Source of the DNA: Candidatus Daviesbacteria bacterium
Lineage (GTDB): Bacteria; Patescibacteriota; Microgenomatia; Daviesbacterales; UBA10151
DNA: 64,000 bases
Direction: 5' to 3'
Assembly: GCA_028715175.1 (NCBI GenBank)
Contig: JAQUSJ010000001.1
Location: 610,386 to 674,385 of the forward strand
Positions 32,232 to 41,093 of the stretch are shown one piece after another. How positions within the stretch are numbered: position 1 is the first letter of the stretch; every line of letters starts with the position of its first letter. The position numbers and the translations under genes were made by a program. Below the pieces are notes generated by a model. It had not been told where the DNA came from, did not search any database, and saw only the letters and a list, made by a program, of their open reading frames with translations.

Positions 32232-33133
32232 AAATATTACTGATAACCGGTGGTGCAACATCTGAGAGACGAATTTCTTTAATGTCAGCAAAATGTGTTA
32301 AAGCAGGGCTTGAGGAAAACAGTTACGAAGTTAAATTATTTGACTTAAAAAAAGAGGGGATTTCCAAAAATTTGGTAAAAGATTTTGATATAGTTTTTCC
32401 AGTCTTACACGGCGAAGAAGGCGAAGGAGGAAGTTTGCAAAAGCAATTATCCACTTTAGGTATACCGTTTGTAGGAGGCAACCCAAAAGGATTTCAACAG
32501 GGTTGGTATAAGATTTCTTTTAAGGAATTTTGTGACAGAGAGCATATTTTAACCTCGCCTTGGAAAAAAATAAAAAACCAAAGCGATATTGTCAAATTTG
32601 GTTTTCCTTGTGTTTTAAAAAGTTCCAGCGGGGGATCGTCAAGAGAAGTGGTGATTTTAAAATCAGTAAAAGATCTAAAAAACAGTCTTTGCCGGAAATT
32701 GCTTAAATCCGGCTTGCCGCTTTTTGTGGAAAGATACTTACCGGGGATTGAGGTAACTGTCGGTATATTGAAAGACAAAGCTTTGCCGGTTGTAGAAATT
32801 ATTCCGCCGGCAGGAGGCTGGTTTGATTACAAAAATAAATACTGGGGAAATACCAATGAAATTCCTAATGCTCCATCTTTAACTCCTCAGCTTAAAAAAA
32901 TGGTTCAAAAAATAGCTCTTAGGATTCACAATACTTTGAACCTTGGCCATTATTCAAGAATAGACTTTATAATTTCAGATGGTAAGCCACATGTCTTAGA
33001 AGTAAACACAATTCCGGGACTGACAGCTTCTTCGCTTTTCCCTAAAGCAGCTGCGGCAGTTGGATTAACTTTCCCAAAATTATTAGATAAAATGGTTAAA
33101 TTAGCATCAAACAGCGCGGAAAAACTGGCCTAA
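32228..33133 (+). CDS. ddl: D-alanine--D-alanine ligase
   Basis: GGATSER, LHGEEGE, FDYKNKY, RIDF, EVNTIPG. Confidence 0.93.
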   Translation: MKILLITGGATSERRISLMSAKCVKAGLEENSYEVKLFDLKKEGISKNLVKDFDIVFPVLHGEEGEGGSLQKQLSTLGIPFVGGNPKGFQQGWYKISFKEFCDREHILTSPWKKIKNQSDIVKFGFPCVLKSSSGGSSREVVILKSVKDLKNSLCRKLLKSGLPLFVERYLPGIEVTVGILKDKALPVVEIIPPAGGWFDYKNKYWGNTNEIPNAPSLTPQLKKMVQKIALRIHNTLNLGHYSRIDFIISDGKPHVLEVNTIPGLTASSLFPKAAAAVGLTFPKLLDKMVKLASNSAEKLA

Positions 33134-33218
33134 AAAACACCCTTTACCCCTTGCTTAAAGAGAGTCAAAAAAGGTATAATTAACTCGGGTCTAAACCCTT
33201 TTTTTGTACCCCAAACCA

Positions 33219-35783
33219 ATGAGTAACATCGGCAAAATACAACCAGCTCCTATTATTGAAGAAATGCAAAAGTCCTATTTGGACTATGCCATGTCTGTTA
33301 TTGTTTCCCGGGCGCTACCGGACGTCCGTGACGGCCTAAAACCGGTCCAAAGAAGAATTATTTACGCAATGCACCAGCAAGGTTTACACCACACATCCCG
33401 CTTCCAAAAATCAGCTGCAGTTGTCGGTGAAGTTATGAAAAACCTCCATCCTCATGGTGATGCTCCTATATATGAAGCTATGGTCCGGATGGCGCAAAAT
33501 TTTTCCATGAGATATATGCTGGTTGACGGCCAGGGGAATTTTGGATCAATTGATGGAGACTCGCCCGCGGCAATGCGGTATACGGAGGCCAGACTTTCTG
33601 CAATTTCCGAGGAGCTACTTCGTGACATTAATAAAAACACTGTCAATTTTGTGGATAACTATTCCGGTACTACACAAGAACCAGTATTACTTCCTTCTGT
33701 TATACCCAACCTATTGTTAAACGGCGCCTCCGGCATTGCTGTTGGTATGGCCACCCAAATCCCGCCACATAATCTGGGAGAAGTCGTCGATGCGCTGGTT
33801 TACATGATAGAACATCCCGAAAATAAGTCGGAAAACTCAGAAAAACTCAGAAAATCAGAAGATCAGAATTCCGGTGAATCTGATTTCCCTGACAAATCTG
33901 GTACACCGAGTCCTTCCGAATCTTTCCGATCCACTGCCACTGTGGAAAATCTCCTGCAATTTATCAAAGGTCCTGATTTTCCAACCGGCGCTTCCATCTA
34001 TGACCAAACCGAAATCCTTGCGGCTTATGCCACCGGTAAGGGCCGGATTGTAATGAGAGCCAAAGCTGAAATAGATGAATCCGGCGCAGCCGGAGGAAAA
34101 ATGCAAATTATCGTTTCGGAGCTGCCATACCAGGTGAATAAAGCTACCTTGATTGCCAGGATTGCCGAGCTGGTAAAAGATAAAAAATTAGAGGGCATTG
34201 CGGATTTACGGGATGAGTCAGACCGTAAACAAATGGTCAGAATTGTATTTGACTTAAAAAGAGACGCCAAACCCCAGGCAATCTTAAATAGTCTTTATAA
34301 ATATACTGCCATGCAATCGGTTTTTAATATCAACCTGGTCGCTCTTTCAGACGGAGTCCCGCATCTGCTGACATTAAAACGGGTATTAGAAGAATTTATT
34401 CACCACAGGCAAGTAGTCATTAGAAAACGCTCCGAATTTGAACTTGCCGAAGCCAAAGCAAGAGAACATATCCTAGAAGGCTTAAAAATTGCTGTTGATA
34501 ATATTGATGCGGTTGTGGAAACCATTAAAAAAAGTGCTGACGCAGATTCTGCAAAACAGAATTTAATGACCCGATTTAAATTAACAGAAATCCAAGCTTT
34601 GGCTATTTTGGATATGCAACTTCGAAGGTTAGCTGCGCTGGAGCGCCAAAAAATTGAAGATGAACTAAAAATGATCCGGGAAACAATTGCCTATTTGGAA
34701 GATTTGCTGGCTCATCCGGAAAAAATCTTAAAAGTTATCAAGGATGAACTCGTAAAAATTAAACTAAGATACGGAGATGACAGACGAACCCGTGTTTATA
34801 AACAAAAAGTCGGGGAATTTTCCGAAGAAGATTTAGTACCAAACGAAACAACTATTGCTACCATCACCGAAGGCGGTTATATCAAACGCCAAGCTCCGAT
34901 GTCTTTTAGGGTACAACAGCGGGGCGGCAAAGGGGTGATGGGAATTGCCACCAAAGAAACAGATGCAGTTTCTCACATTTTCTATACCCAAACACATGAC
35001 AGTATTTTATTCTTTACCGACAAAGGCAGGGTTTTCCAAATCAAGGTTTGGGAAATTCCGGAAACACAACGCGCAGCCAAAGGTCAGGCTATTGTCAACT
35101 TGATCAATGTTGAACAGGAGGAAAAAGTTACGGCAGTTTTAACCACCAGGCAAAAAGGCGAAAGCGCCAAATACTTCTTTATGTGTACTAAAGGCGGCAC
35201 TGTCAAAAAAACTTCCCTTACAGAATATGCCAATATCCGCAAAAATGGTCTGGTAGCAATCAAGTTGGATCCGAGCGACGAACTGGGATGGGTGACCCCA
35301 ACCTCAGGCAAGGATGATGTTGTTATTGTTTCAAAAAATGGCAAATCGATCCGTTTTTCCGAAACCCAAGTCAAACCAACGCACCGGGATACTTCCGGAG
35401 TAAGAGGAATTAAGCTAACCAGTAACGATGAGGTAGTCTCCTTAAATTTGGTCCAAGGTAATGATGATGAGCTTTTGGTAATTATGCAAAACGGTTTAGG
35501 TAAAAAAACCAGATTTTCCGCCTGGAGCAGACAGGGCAGGGGAGGACAAGGAGTTAAAGCTGCGCAGGTGACTGCCAAAACCGGACCAATTGTTACAGCA
35601 GAGGCCATTGATAAAAAAATGGACACGTTGGTATTAACTTCCACCAAAGGACAACTTATAAAGATGAATTTAGCAGAAGTACCGACCCTGCAGCGTCAAA
35701 CTCAAGGTGTAATCTTAATGAGAGTCAGACCCGGGGAAAAAGTAGCAGCAGCTACGGTTGTTTGTTCTAAAGAAAAAACATAG
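33219..35783 (+). CDS. gyrA: DNA gyrase subunit A
   Basis: [25 protein letters not shown], GyrA-box QQRGGKG. Confidence 0.97.
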   Translation: MSNIGKIQPAPIIEEMQKSYLDYAMSVIVSRALPDVRDGLKPVQRRIIYAMHQQGLHHTSRFQKSAAVVGEVMKNLHPHGDAPIYEAMVRMAQNFSMRYMLVDGQGNFGSIDGDSPAAMRYTEARLSAISEELLRDINKNTVNFVDNYSGTTQEPVLLPSVIPNLLLNGASGIAVGMATQIPPHNLGEVVDALVYMIEHPENKSENSEKLRKSEDQNSGESDFPDKSGTPSPSESFRSTATVENLLQFIKGPDFPTGASIYDQTEILAAYATGKGRIVMRAKAEIDESGAAGGKMQIIVSELPYQVNKATLIARIAELVKDKKLEGIADLRDESDRKQMVRIVFDLKRDAKPQAILNSLYKYTAMQSVFNINLVALSDGVPHLLTLKRVLEEFIHHRQVVIRKRSEFELAEAKAREHILEGLKIAVDNIDAVVETIKKSADADSAKQNLMTRFKLTEIQALAILDMQLRRLAALERQKIEDELKMIRETIAYLEDLLAHPEKILKVIKDELVKIKLRYGDDRRTRVYKQKVGEFSEEDLVPNETTIATITEGGYIKRQAPMSFRVQQRGGKGVMGIATKETDAVSHIFYTQTHDSILFFTDKGRVFQIKVWEIPETQRAAKGQAIVNLINVEQEEKVTAVLTTRQKGESAKYFFMCTKGGTVKKTSLTEYANIRKNGLVAIKLDPSDELGWVTPTSGKDDVVIVSKNGKSIRFSETQVKPTHRDTSGVRGIKLTSNDEVVSLNLVQGNDDELLVIMQNGLGKKTRFSAWSRQGRGGQGVKAAQVTAKTGPIVTAEAIDKKMDTLVLTSTKGQLIKMNLAEVPTLQRQTQGVILMRVRPGEKVAAATVVCSKEKT
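33828..33929. repeat. Imperfect hairpin of 8-9 nt units in frame in gyrA
   Basis: TCGGAAA/TCAGAAA units on left arm, TCTGA/TTCCGA units on right; about 34 codons. Confidence 0.7.
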
Positions 35784-35993
35784 ATGTCTAAAGAAAAACT
35801 TGTTTCTACCATAGCTATAATTTACTTCATGTTTGGGTTTGTATTTGCTGTGGCTTTTGCAATATATTACCGCTGGCCTTATCTTTCTTTTCTATCACCG
35901 GGGTTTTATAGCGTTATTTTAACCTGGCCGCTGCAGGCAATCGGCTTTACAAAAGACTTTATTATGTATGGCCTCGCCGGCAAACCAATCTAA
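35784..35993 (+). CDS. Small membrane protein
   Basis: 69 aa, two hydrophobic segments, abuts gyrA stop. Confidence 0.65.
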   Translation: MSKEKLVSTIAIIYFMFGFVFAVAFAIYYRWPYLSFLSPGFYSVILTWPLQAIGFTKDFIMYGLAGKPI

Positions 35994-36027
35994 TTTCTAT
36001 TTATCGCTCCGAACTCAACAATCTAAA

Positions 36028-38355
36028 TCAGATCTTAAATAATGACCTTAAAGGAGGAAAAACCATTATTAAAACTTGTATGAAAAGAACCATAACGACT
36101 GAGGCAAGCAGCTTTTTATTGGACAAAATCCCGTGATGTCTTCTCATAATAAAAGGCAGCATCATTTGCAGAATAATCATAACGGTAAAGGTGATGGCTC
36201 TGGAAGTTTGAAGTCCCAAACTTTCAAAGGTAAAATAAAAAGCAAAAAAACAAAAAGCAGAAATTGCCACCCCGCCGAAAATAATAAAATGTAGAGAATC
36301 TTTACTAAGTAAACCTAATTTCTTGCGGGGCGGTATTTGCATCAGATGCCTTGAAGCGGTATCAAAACCCAAAGCCAGAGCAGGAGGTCCGTCTGTGACA
36401 AAATTGATCCAGAGAATCTGAATTGGCAGAAGCGGCGACGGCAGACTGAAAATTGCTGCTACTCCTATCAAAAGCATTTCCGACAAATTCCCGGCAAGTA
36501 AAAACTTAATGACTTTTAAGATATTGTTGTAAATTAGTCTTCCTTGCTCAATGGCCACAGTCAGGGTCGCAAAGTTATCATCAAGCAAAATAATATCTGA
36601 GGCTTCTTTTGACACATCAGTGCCGATTTTACCCATGGAAACCCCGACTTCTGCTTGTTTTAAGGCCAACACGTCATTTACCCCGTCACCTGTCACAGCT
36701 ACTACCTCTCCTAAGCTTTGATAAGCTTTAACAATTCTAAGTTTCTCCTGCGGAGTAATCCTGGCAAAAATTTTGACTTTACCGATTCTTTGTAAAAGAT
36801 CTTCTTCGCTTAAGTCATTGAGCTGACTGCCAATCATAATTTCATCACCAAAGGATAATAGTCCAACCTCTTCACCAATGCTTCTAGCTGTCAGCTCATT
36901 ATCGCCGGTCACCATCACTACCTTAATCCCGGCCTGCTTTGTCAGCGCAATAGCTTCTTTTACCTCAGGACGGACTTCATCAGCAATCCCAGCTAACCCT
37001 AAAAACTCTTTATCCTTTGAAAACGCCAACACCCGCAATCCCTTTTTAGCCATTTGCTGATACCTAAATTCCCACTTCTTTTGATCCGCTTCGGACAACT
37101 TAGATTCAAAAAGTAAAACTTCCGGAGCGCCTTTGGTATACTGCGTCTTTTCCTTACCCTCCTCCCATAAAACAGTCATTTTCCGGGTTTCCAAATTAAA
37201 AGGAATTTCTTCGATTAGTTTGCCTTGCAATCTCATCAGATCAATATCCTTACCCTGATCTTTTGCCCAAAGCAGGAGAGCGCCTTCAGTTGTATCGCCA
37301 AAAATATCAAAACTGCCTTCATCTTCTTTTAATATCAAACTGGCGCTATTACAAAATACCGCGCATTTTAGAAAATCTGCTTCTTTAGTATCTTTAATAC
37401 TGACCTCTTTAACCCGCATTTCATTTTTAGTCAAAGTTCCGGTCTTATCCGTACAAATCACTGTGGCAGTACCCAAAGATTCAATCGCAATCATCTTTCT
37501 AACCAAAGCCTTTTTCCGATACATCTTCCGCATACCTAAGGCCAAAATTATAGTTACCACGGCAGGTAAACCTTCCGGCACTACAGCTACCATTAAAACA
37601 ATGCTGAAAAGAAGAGTGGAAGACACATCATAACCCTGCAATATCCTTAAAATAAAAATCAGGGCTGAAACCGCTAAGGCCCCCAACCCCAGAACTTTAC
37701 TAAAGGAGGCCAGAGCTTTTTCAAAAGGAGTTTGTTCGTCTTCAATGCTGCTTAAAGTTTCTGCTAAGGCGCCAAATTTAGTTCTTGCTCCTGTCTGCAA
37801 AATAAGAACCTTGCCTCGGCCAAAGACAACGGTGGTGGCAAAAAAGACTAGGTTTTCCTCCTTTTTCGCAGATTTAGCAACAGGTAAAGATTCACCGGTT
37901 AAGACAGATTCATTGACCTGCAAAGCATAACTCTCTAAAATTTGCCCGTCTGCTGGAATCCTGTCGCCGGATTCTAAAATTACAATATCACCGGGGACAA
38001 TCTCTGATGAGGGGATTTCCGTCTGCTTACCGCCTCTTTCCACCCTGGCATATTCCACCTCCAGTTTCCGCAACTCTTCCAGCTCTTTGGAAGCTTTATA
38101 TTCCTGCCAAAAACCCAAAATTGAATTTAAAACTAAAATCCCGCCGATTAAAAAGCTGTCCAATTTATCCCCGATGACGGCCGAAAGAATTGTGGCTCCC
38201 AAAAGCAGGTAGGCAAAGGGGGTTTTCATCTGCCGCAGGAAAACCTCCGCAGCAGAAGTTGTTTTTCTCTGCGGCAGCTCATTTAAACCATATCTTTTTA
38301 GCTGTTCCCCGGCCTGATGAGAAGTCAATCCAATTTTTTCGGCAGGATACTTCAT
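36028..38355 (-). CDS. Cation-transporting P-type ATPase (type II)
   Basis: TGES, VPEGLP, DKTGTLT, TGDN, GDGVND. Confidence 0.93.
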   Translation of the reverse strand: MKYPAEKIGLTSHQAGEQLKRYGLNELPQRKTTSAAEVFLRQMKTPFAYLLLGATILSAVIGDKLDSFLIGGILVLNSILGFWQEYKASKELEELRKLEVEYARVERGGKQTEIPSSEIVPGDIVILESGDRIPADGQILESYALQVNESVLTGESLPVAKSAKKEENLVFFATTVVFGRGKVLILQTGARTKFGALAETLSSIEDEQTPFEKALASFSKVLGLGALAVSALIFILRILQGYDVSSTLLFSIVLMVAVVPEGLPAVVTIILALGMRKMYRKKALVRKMIAIESLGTATVICTDKTGTLTKNEMRVKEVSIKDTKEADFLKCAVFCNSASLILKEDEGSFDIFGDTTEGALLLWAKDQGKDIDLMRLQGKLIEEIPFNLETRKMTVLWEEGKEKTQYTKGAPEVLLFESKLSEADQKKWEFRYQQMAKKGLRVLAFSKDKEFLGLAGIADEVRPEVKEAIALTKQAGIKVVMVTGDNELTARSIGEEVGLLSFGDEIMIGSQLNDLSEEDLLQRIGKVKIFARITPQEKLRIVKAYQSLGEVVAVTGDGVNDVLALKQAEVGVSMGKIGTDVSKEASDIILLDDNFATLTVAIEQGRLIYNNILKVIKFLLAGNLSEMLLIGVAAIFSLPSPLLPIQILWINFVTDGPPALALGFDTASRHLMQIPPRKKLGLLSKDSLHFIIFGGVAISAFCFFAFYFTFESLGLQTSRAITFTVMIILQMMLPFIMRRHHGILSNKKLLASVVMVLFIQVLIMVFPPLRSLFKI

Positions 38356-38430
38356 AATCTTAAGTTTAACAGAAAACATTGACATTTTAAAAAATTTGAT
38401 TCACTATTAAGTAAAGAGGGGGTGAGAAAT

Positions 38431-38787
38431 TTGCAAATTCTTATAGCCTTGGTCTTAAATGCGGCAGCATTGCTTTTAACGGCTAATATTGTACCTGGAT
38501 TCCGGGTTGAAAACTTTACTACAGCCATTTTTGCGGCCATAGTTTTGGGGGTGGTTAATACTTTTATTAAGCCAATCCTAAGCTTTCTAAGCGCACCCTT
38601 AACAATTGTTACTTTAGGGTTGTTTGCTTTTGTGGTCAATGCAGTGGTCTTATTCATAGTGGCAGCAGTGGTGCCGGGAGTAAAGATTGAAGGATGGCTT
38701 CCAGCCATATTGGCAGCAATTGTTTTATCAATTGTCGCAACAATCTTAAATGCGGTATTGAAAGATTTAGGGAAACTAACAAAGTGA
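38431..38787 (+). CDS. Phage holin family 4 / YvlD-like membrane protein
   Basis: LGVVNTFIKPIL, PLTIVTLGLFAFVVNA; TTG start after GAGGGGGTGA. Confidence 0.8.
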   Translation: MQILIALVLNAAALLLTANIVPGFRVENFTTAIFAAIVLGVVNTFIKPILSFLSAPLTIVTLGLFAFVVNAVVLFIVAAVVPGVKIEGWLPAILAAIVLSIVATILNAVLKDLGKLTK

Positions 38788-39669
38788 TTACAATTTACCG
38801 GAGCAGAGGCGGTAAATTTGAGTAGTTGAGATATTGGAATGTCCAAGCGTTTTCTGGACTGACCGGATGTCTACTCCGTTAATTAATAAATCTGTGGCAA
38901 AGGAATGACGCAGTATTTGTGGTGTGGCTTTGATGGCAATTCTCAGCTTTTTTGCATATTTTTCTACAATCCGTTCAATGGAACGGGAAGTTAACCTCAT
39001 GGCTTCTCCTTCGTTAGTGGGATCAATTTTACCCTGAAAACGGATAAAAAGAGGTTTAAATTTGTCTTGACGGATTGCTAAGTATTTTCCTAAAAACTCA
39101 CAAGCACCGTCAGATAAAAATACCCCCCGCTCTTTTCCTCCTTTACCAACTATACTAAACTCACGTCCGTCCAGGTTGATGGTATCACGGTTTAATCCGA
39201 CCAGCTCAGATACCAGCAGACCTGTAGAAAACAATGTCTCCAGGATTGCCCGATCCCGTAGTCCGTCTTTTTTACTTGTATCCGGAGCTTTAAGGAGCAA
39301 TCTAAGTTGAGTCTCATCCAACACTTTAAGAGGAAGCCTGGAATTATTCTTTCTCAATTCAACTTTTTCGGCCGAAAGCGTTTGCACACCAGTTCCTGCC
39401 AGATACCGAAGAAATGTTCTAAGAGCTATCATAAAATAATTTTGAGTCACCCTTTTTAAAGATTCTTTGGTTTTCGGATCCGTCCATCTGGAAAGGTATA
39501 GTCTGTATTTTCCGACTAAGCTTAAGGTTATATCCTGCGGGTTTATATCACCACTAAATTCCAAAAATCTCTTTAAGCAGTGATCGTAATTTCTGATTGT
39601 TAACCGGGAGGCATTTCGCTCAAGTTCCAGATATTCCAGAAAATCTGTGATAAGAGAGGATAAGGACAT
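38788..39669 (-). CDS. XerC/D-like tyrosine recombinase, catalytic residues altered
   Basis: RDRAILETLFSTGLLVSEL (R to L), TPQILRHSFAT (H to Q), GHSNISTTQIY then abrupt end. Confidence 0.85.
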   Translation of the reverse strand: MSLSSLITDFLEYLELERNASRLTIRNYDHCLKRFLEFSGDINPQDITLSLVGKYRLYLSRWTDPKTKESLKRVTQNYFMIALRTFLRYLAGTGVQTLSAEKVELRKNNSRLPLKVLDETQLRLLLKAPDTSKKDGLRDRAILETLFSTGLLVSELVGLNRDTINLDGREFSIVGKGGKERGVFLSDGACEFLGKYLAIRQDKFKPLFIRFQGKIDPTNEGEAMRLTSRSIERIVEKYAKKLRIAIKATPQILRHSFATDLLINGVDIRSVQKTLGHSNISTTQIYRLCSGKL

Positions 39670-39683
39670 ATTTGAATTTTGAA

Positions 39684-40430
39684 CTAAAGAAGCGCTAATC
39701 CCAAAATTCCCAGCACAGTTAAAACCCCTCCAAAAATTGCTACGGTAAAAGTAAATTGCTCTGAACCGGCCGGCGGCAAAACTGTCTTCTTAACCGGCAG
39801 GGGCGCAATGGTTGCCGACGGAGTAGACGTTGTTGAACTTCCTATTGGTTTATAAACAACTGCAATCGGGGATGCCAATGGGGTAGTAGTAGTGCCGCAA
39901 GTTCCGGTTCCAACCGTATAATTTCCGTTTACGACCGAGTTTAATATATCTACTATTGTTGCCCGTTGTACAACATTGGAATCCGTAGTTTTAGCTTTAT
40001 TATTAGGATCAAAGTCAAAAGTAATTTGAGTTGCTCCGGTAGGCGCCGAATCTTTCACTGTAAAATTCAAGGTAGCCAGAGTACCTTTGCCGGTAAAAGG
40101 CGTCGCCACAGAAGCAAGTCCTGAAATGGTGATTTTGCCTGCGGCCTCATCTACATTATTACCGGGAAAGTCAGGATACACGGCTGTATTTGAAGTAATC
40201 GAACTGGTAGTAATGCTGAGCCTGGAGGAATCATAAAATAAAATTGCATCAGTACCATCTGTTTGGGCTCCGCCTGTATCAAGATTAATATTTAGAGAGA
40301 AAGGGCAGTTTCTGTTAAATGTGCCTGTGGCCGGATCCAAGGATAAAGTGGCCACCTGGGCAAAAACTCCGGTCGGAGAAACTAAAAACCATAAAACAAA
40401 CGTAAAAAAAGAAATCGCATATTTTATCAT
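39684..40430 (-). CDS. Secreted cohesin-domain protein with LPxAG plus C-terminal TM anchor
   Basis: Signal ...VFA/Q, DGTDAILFYD, GTLATLNF, T/P linker, LPPAG then hydrophobic tail. Confidence 0.75.
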   Translation of the reverse strand: MIKYAISFFTFVLWFLVSPTGVFAQVATLSLDPATGTFNRNCPFSLNINLDTGGAQTDGTDAILFYDSSRLSITTSSITSNTAVYPDFPGNNVDEAAGKITISGLASVATPFTGKGTLATLNFTVKDSAPTGATQITFDFDPNNKAKTTDSNVVQRATIVDILNSVVNGNYTVGTGTCGTTTTPLASPIAVVYKPIGSSTTSTPSATIAPLPVKKTVLPPAGSEQFTFTVAIFGGVLTVLGILGLALL

Positions 40431-41059
40431 TGCACAACAAGCTCCAAATTTACAACCTGTTCGACTATATCTTTAGCTGTACTAGCCTCTACCAGGTTGG
40501 AATCTATAGTAGACCCTTTGTCCTTAAAATCAACAGTCAATGATGTCTTCCCTGAGGCAATTTTAGTTTTAAAATTTATAGTTGCAAATTGTCCTGTACC
40601 TTTAAACACGTTCTGCAAACTGTTAATACCTGAAATAGCAATCAAACCTTTACTCGCATCCACAATCATAGTCGGATATTCCTCAAAAAGACGGCCTTTG
40701 ATTAGTCCTCCGGAAGTAGCCTCAAGAACTTTAGGATCATAATGGATTACGACATCAACTCCGTTTATTGCTTGTGAACCAGTCTCGATATTCACGGCAA
40801 CAGGCACAATTTCATTTATCCGGTATGTGTTTTTGGGAACATTTAATGAAATTGTCCCTACTTTTGATTGTAGTGGAACCTTACCTGCAATCGGGGGAGC
40901 AGGCAATGTTAATACCCGAATTGCATATATTAATTCCGCCAAAAGTATCAATCCTAAAACCAAAAAAATAAATTTGGGAAGAGAAACAAATTTTTTTATT
41001 TGCATTACAGGCTTATTCTCCTGATTATTTTGTTGTACATTTAAATCATCCATATACAT
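40427..41059 (-). CDS. Membrane-anchored cohesin-domain protein
   Basis: N-terminal TM, INGVDVVIHYDPKVL, GQFATINF. Confidence 0.75.
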   Translation of the reverse strand: MYMDDLNVQQNNQENKPVMQIKKFVSLPKFIFLVLGLILLAELIYAIRVLTLPAPPIAGKVPLQSKVGTISLNVPKNTYRINEIVPVAVNIETGSQAINGVDVVIHYDPKVLEATSGGLIKGRLFEEYPTMIVDASKGLIAISGINSLQNVFKGTGQFATINFKTKIASGKTSLTVDFKDKGSTIDSNLVEASTAKDIVEQVVNLELVVQ

Positions 41060-41093
41060 ATATTTTGTACTACAATTACCGAACTTTTACCAG

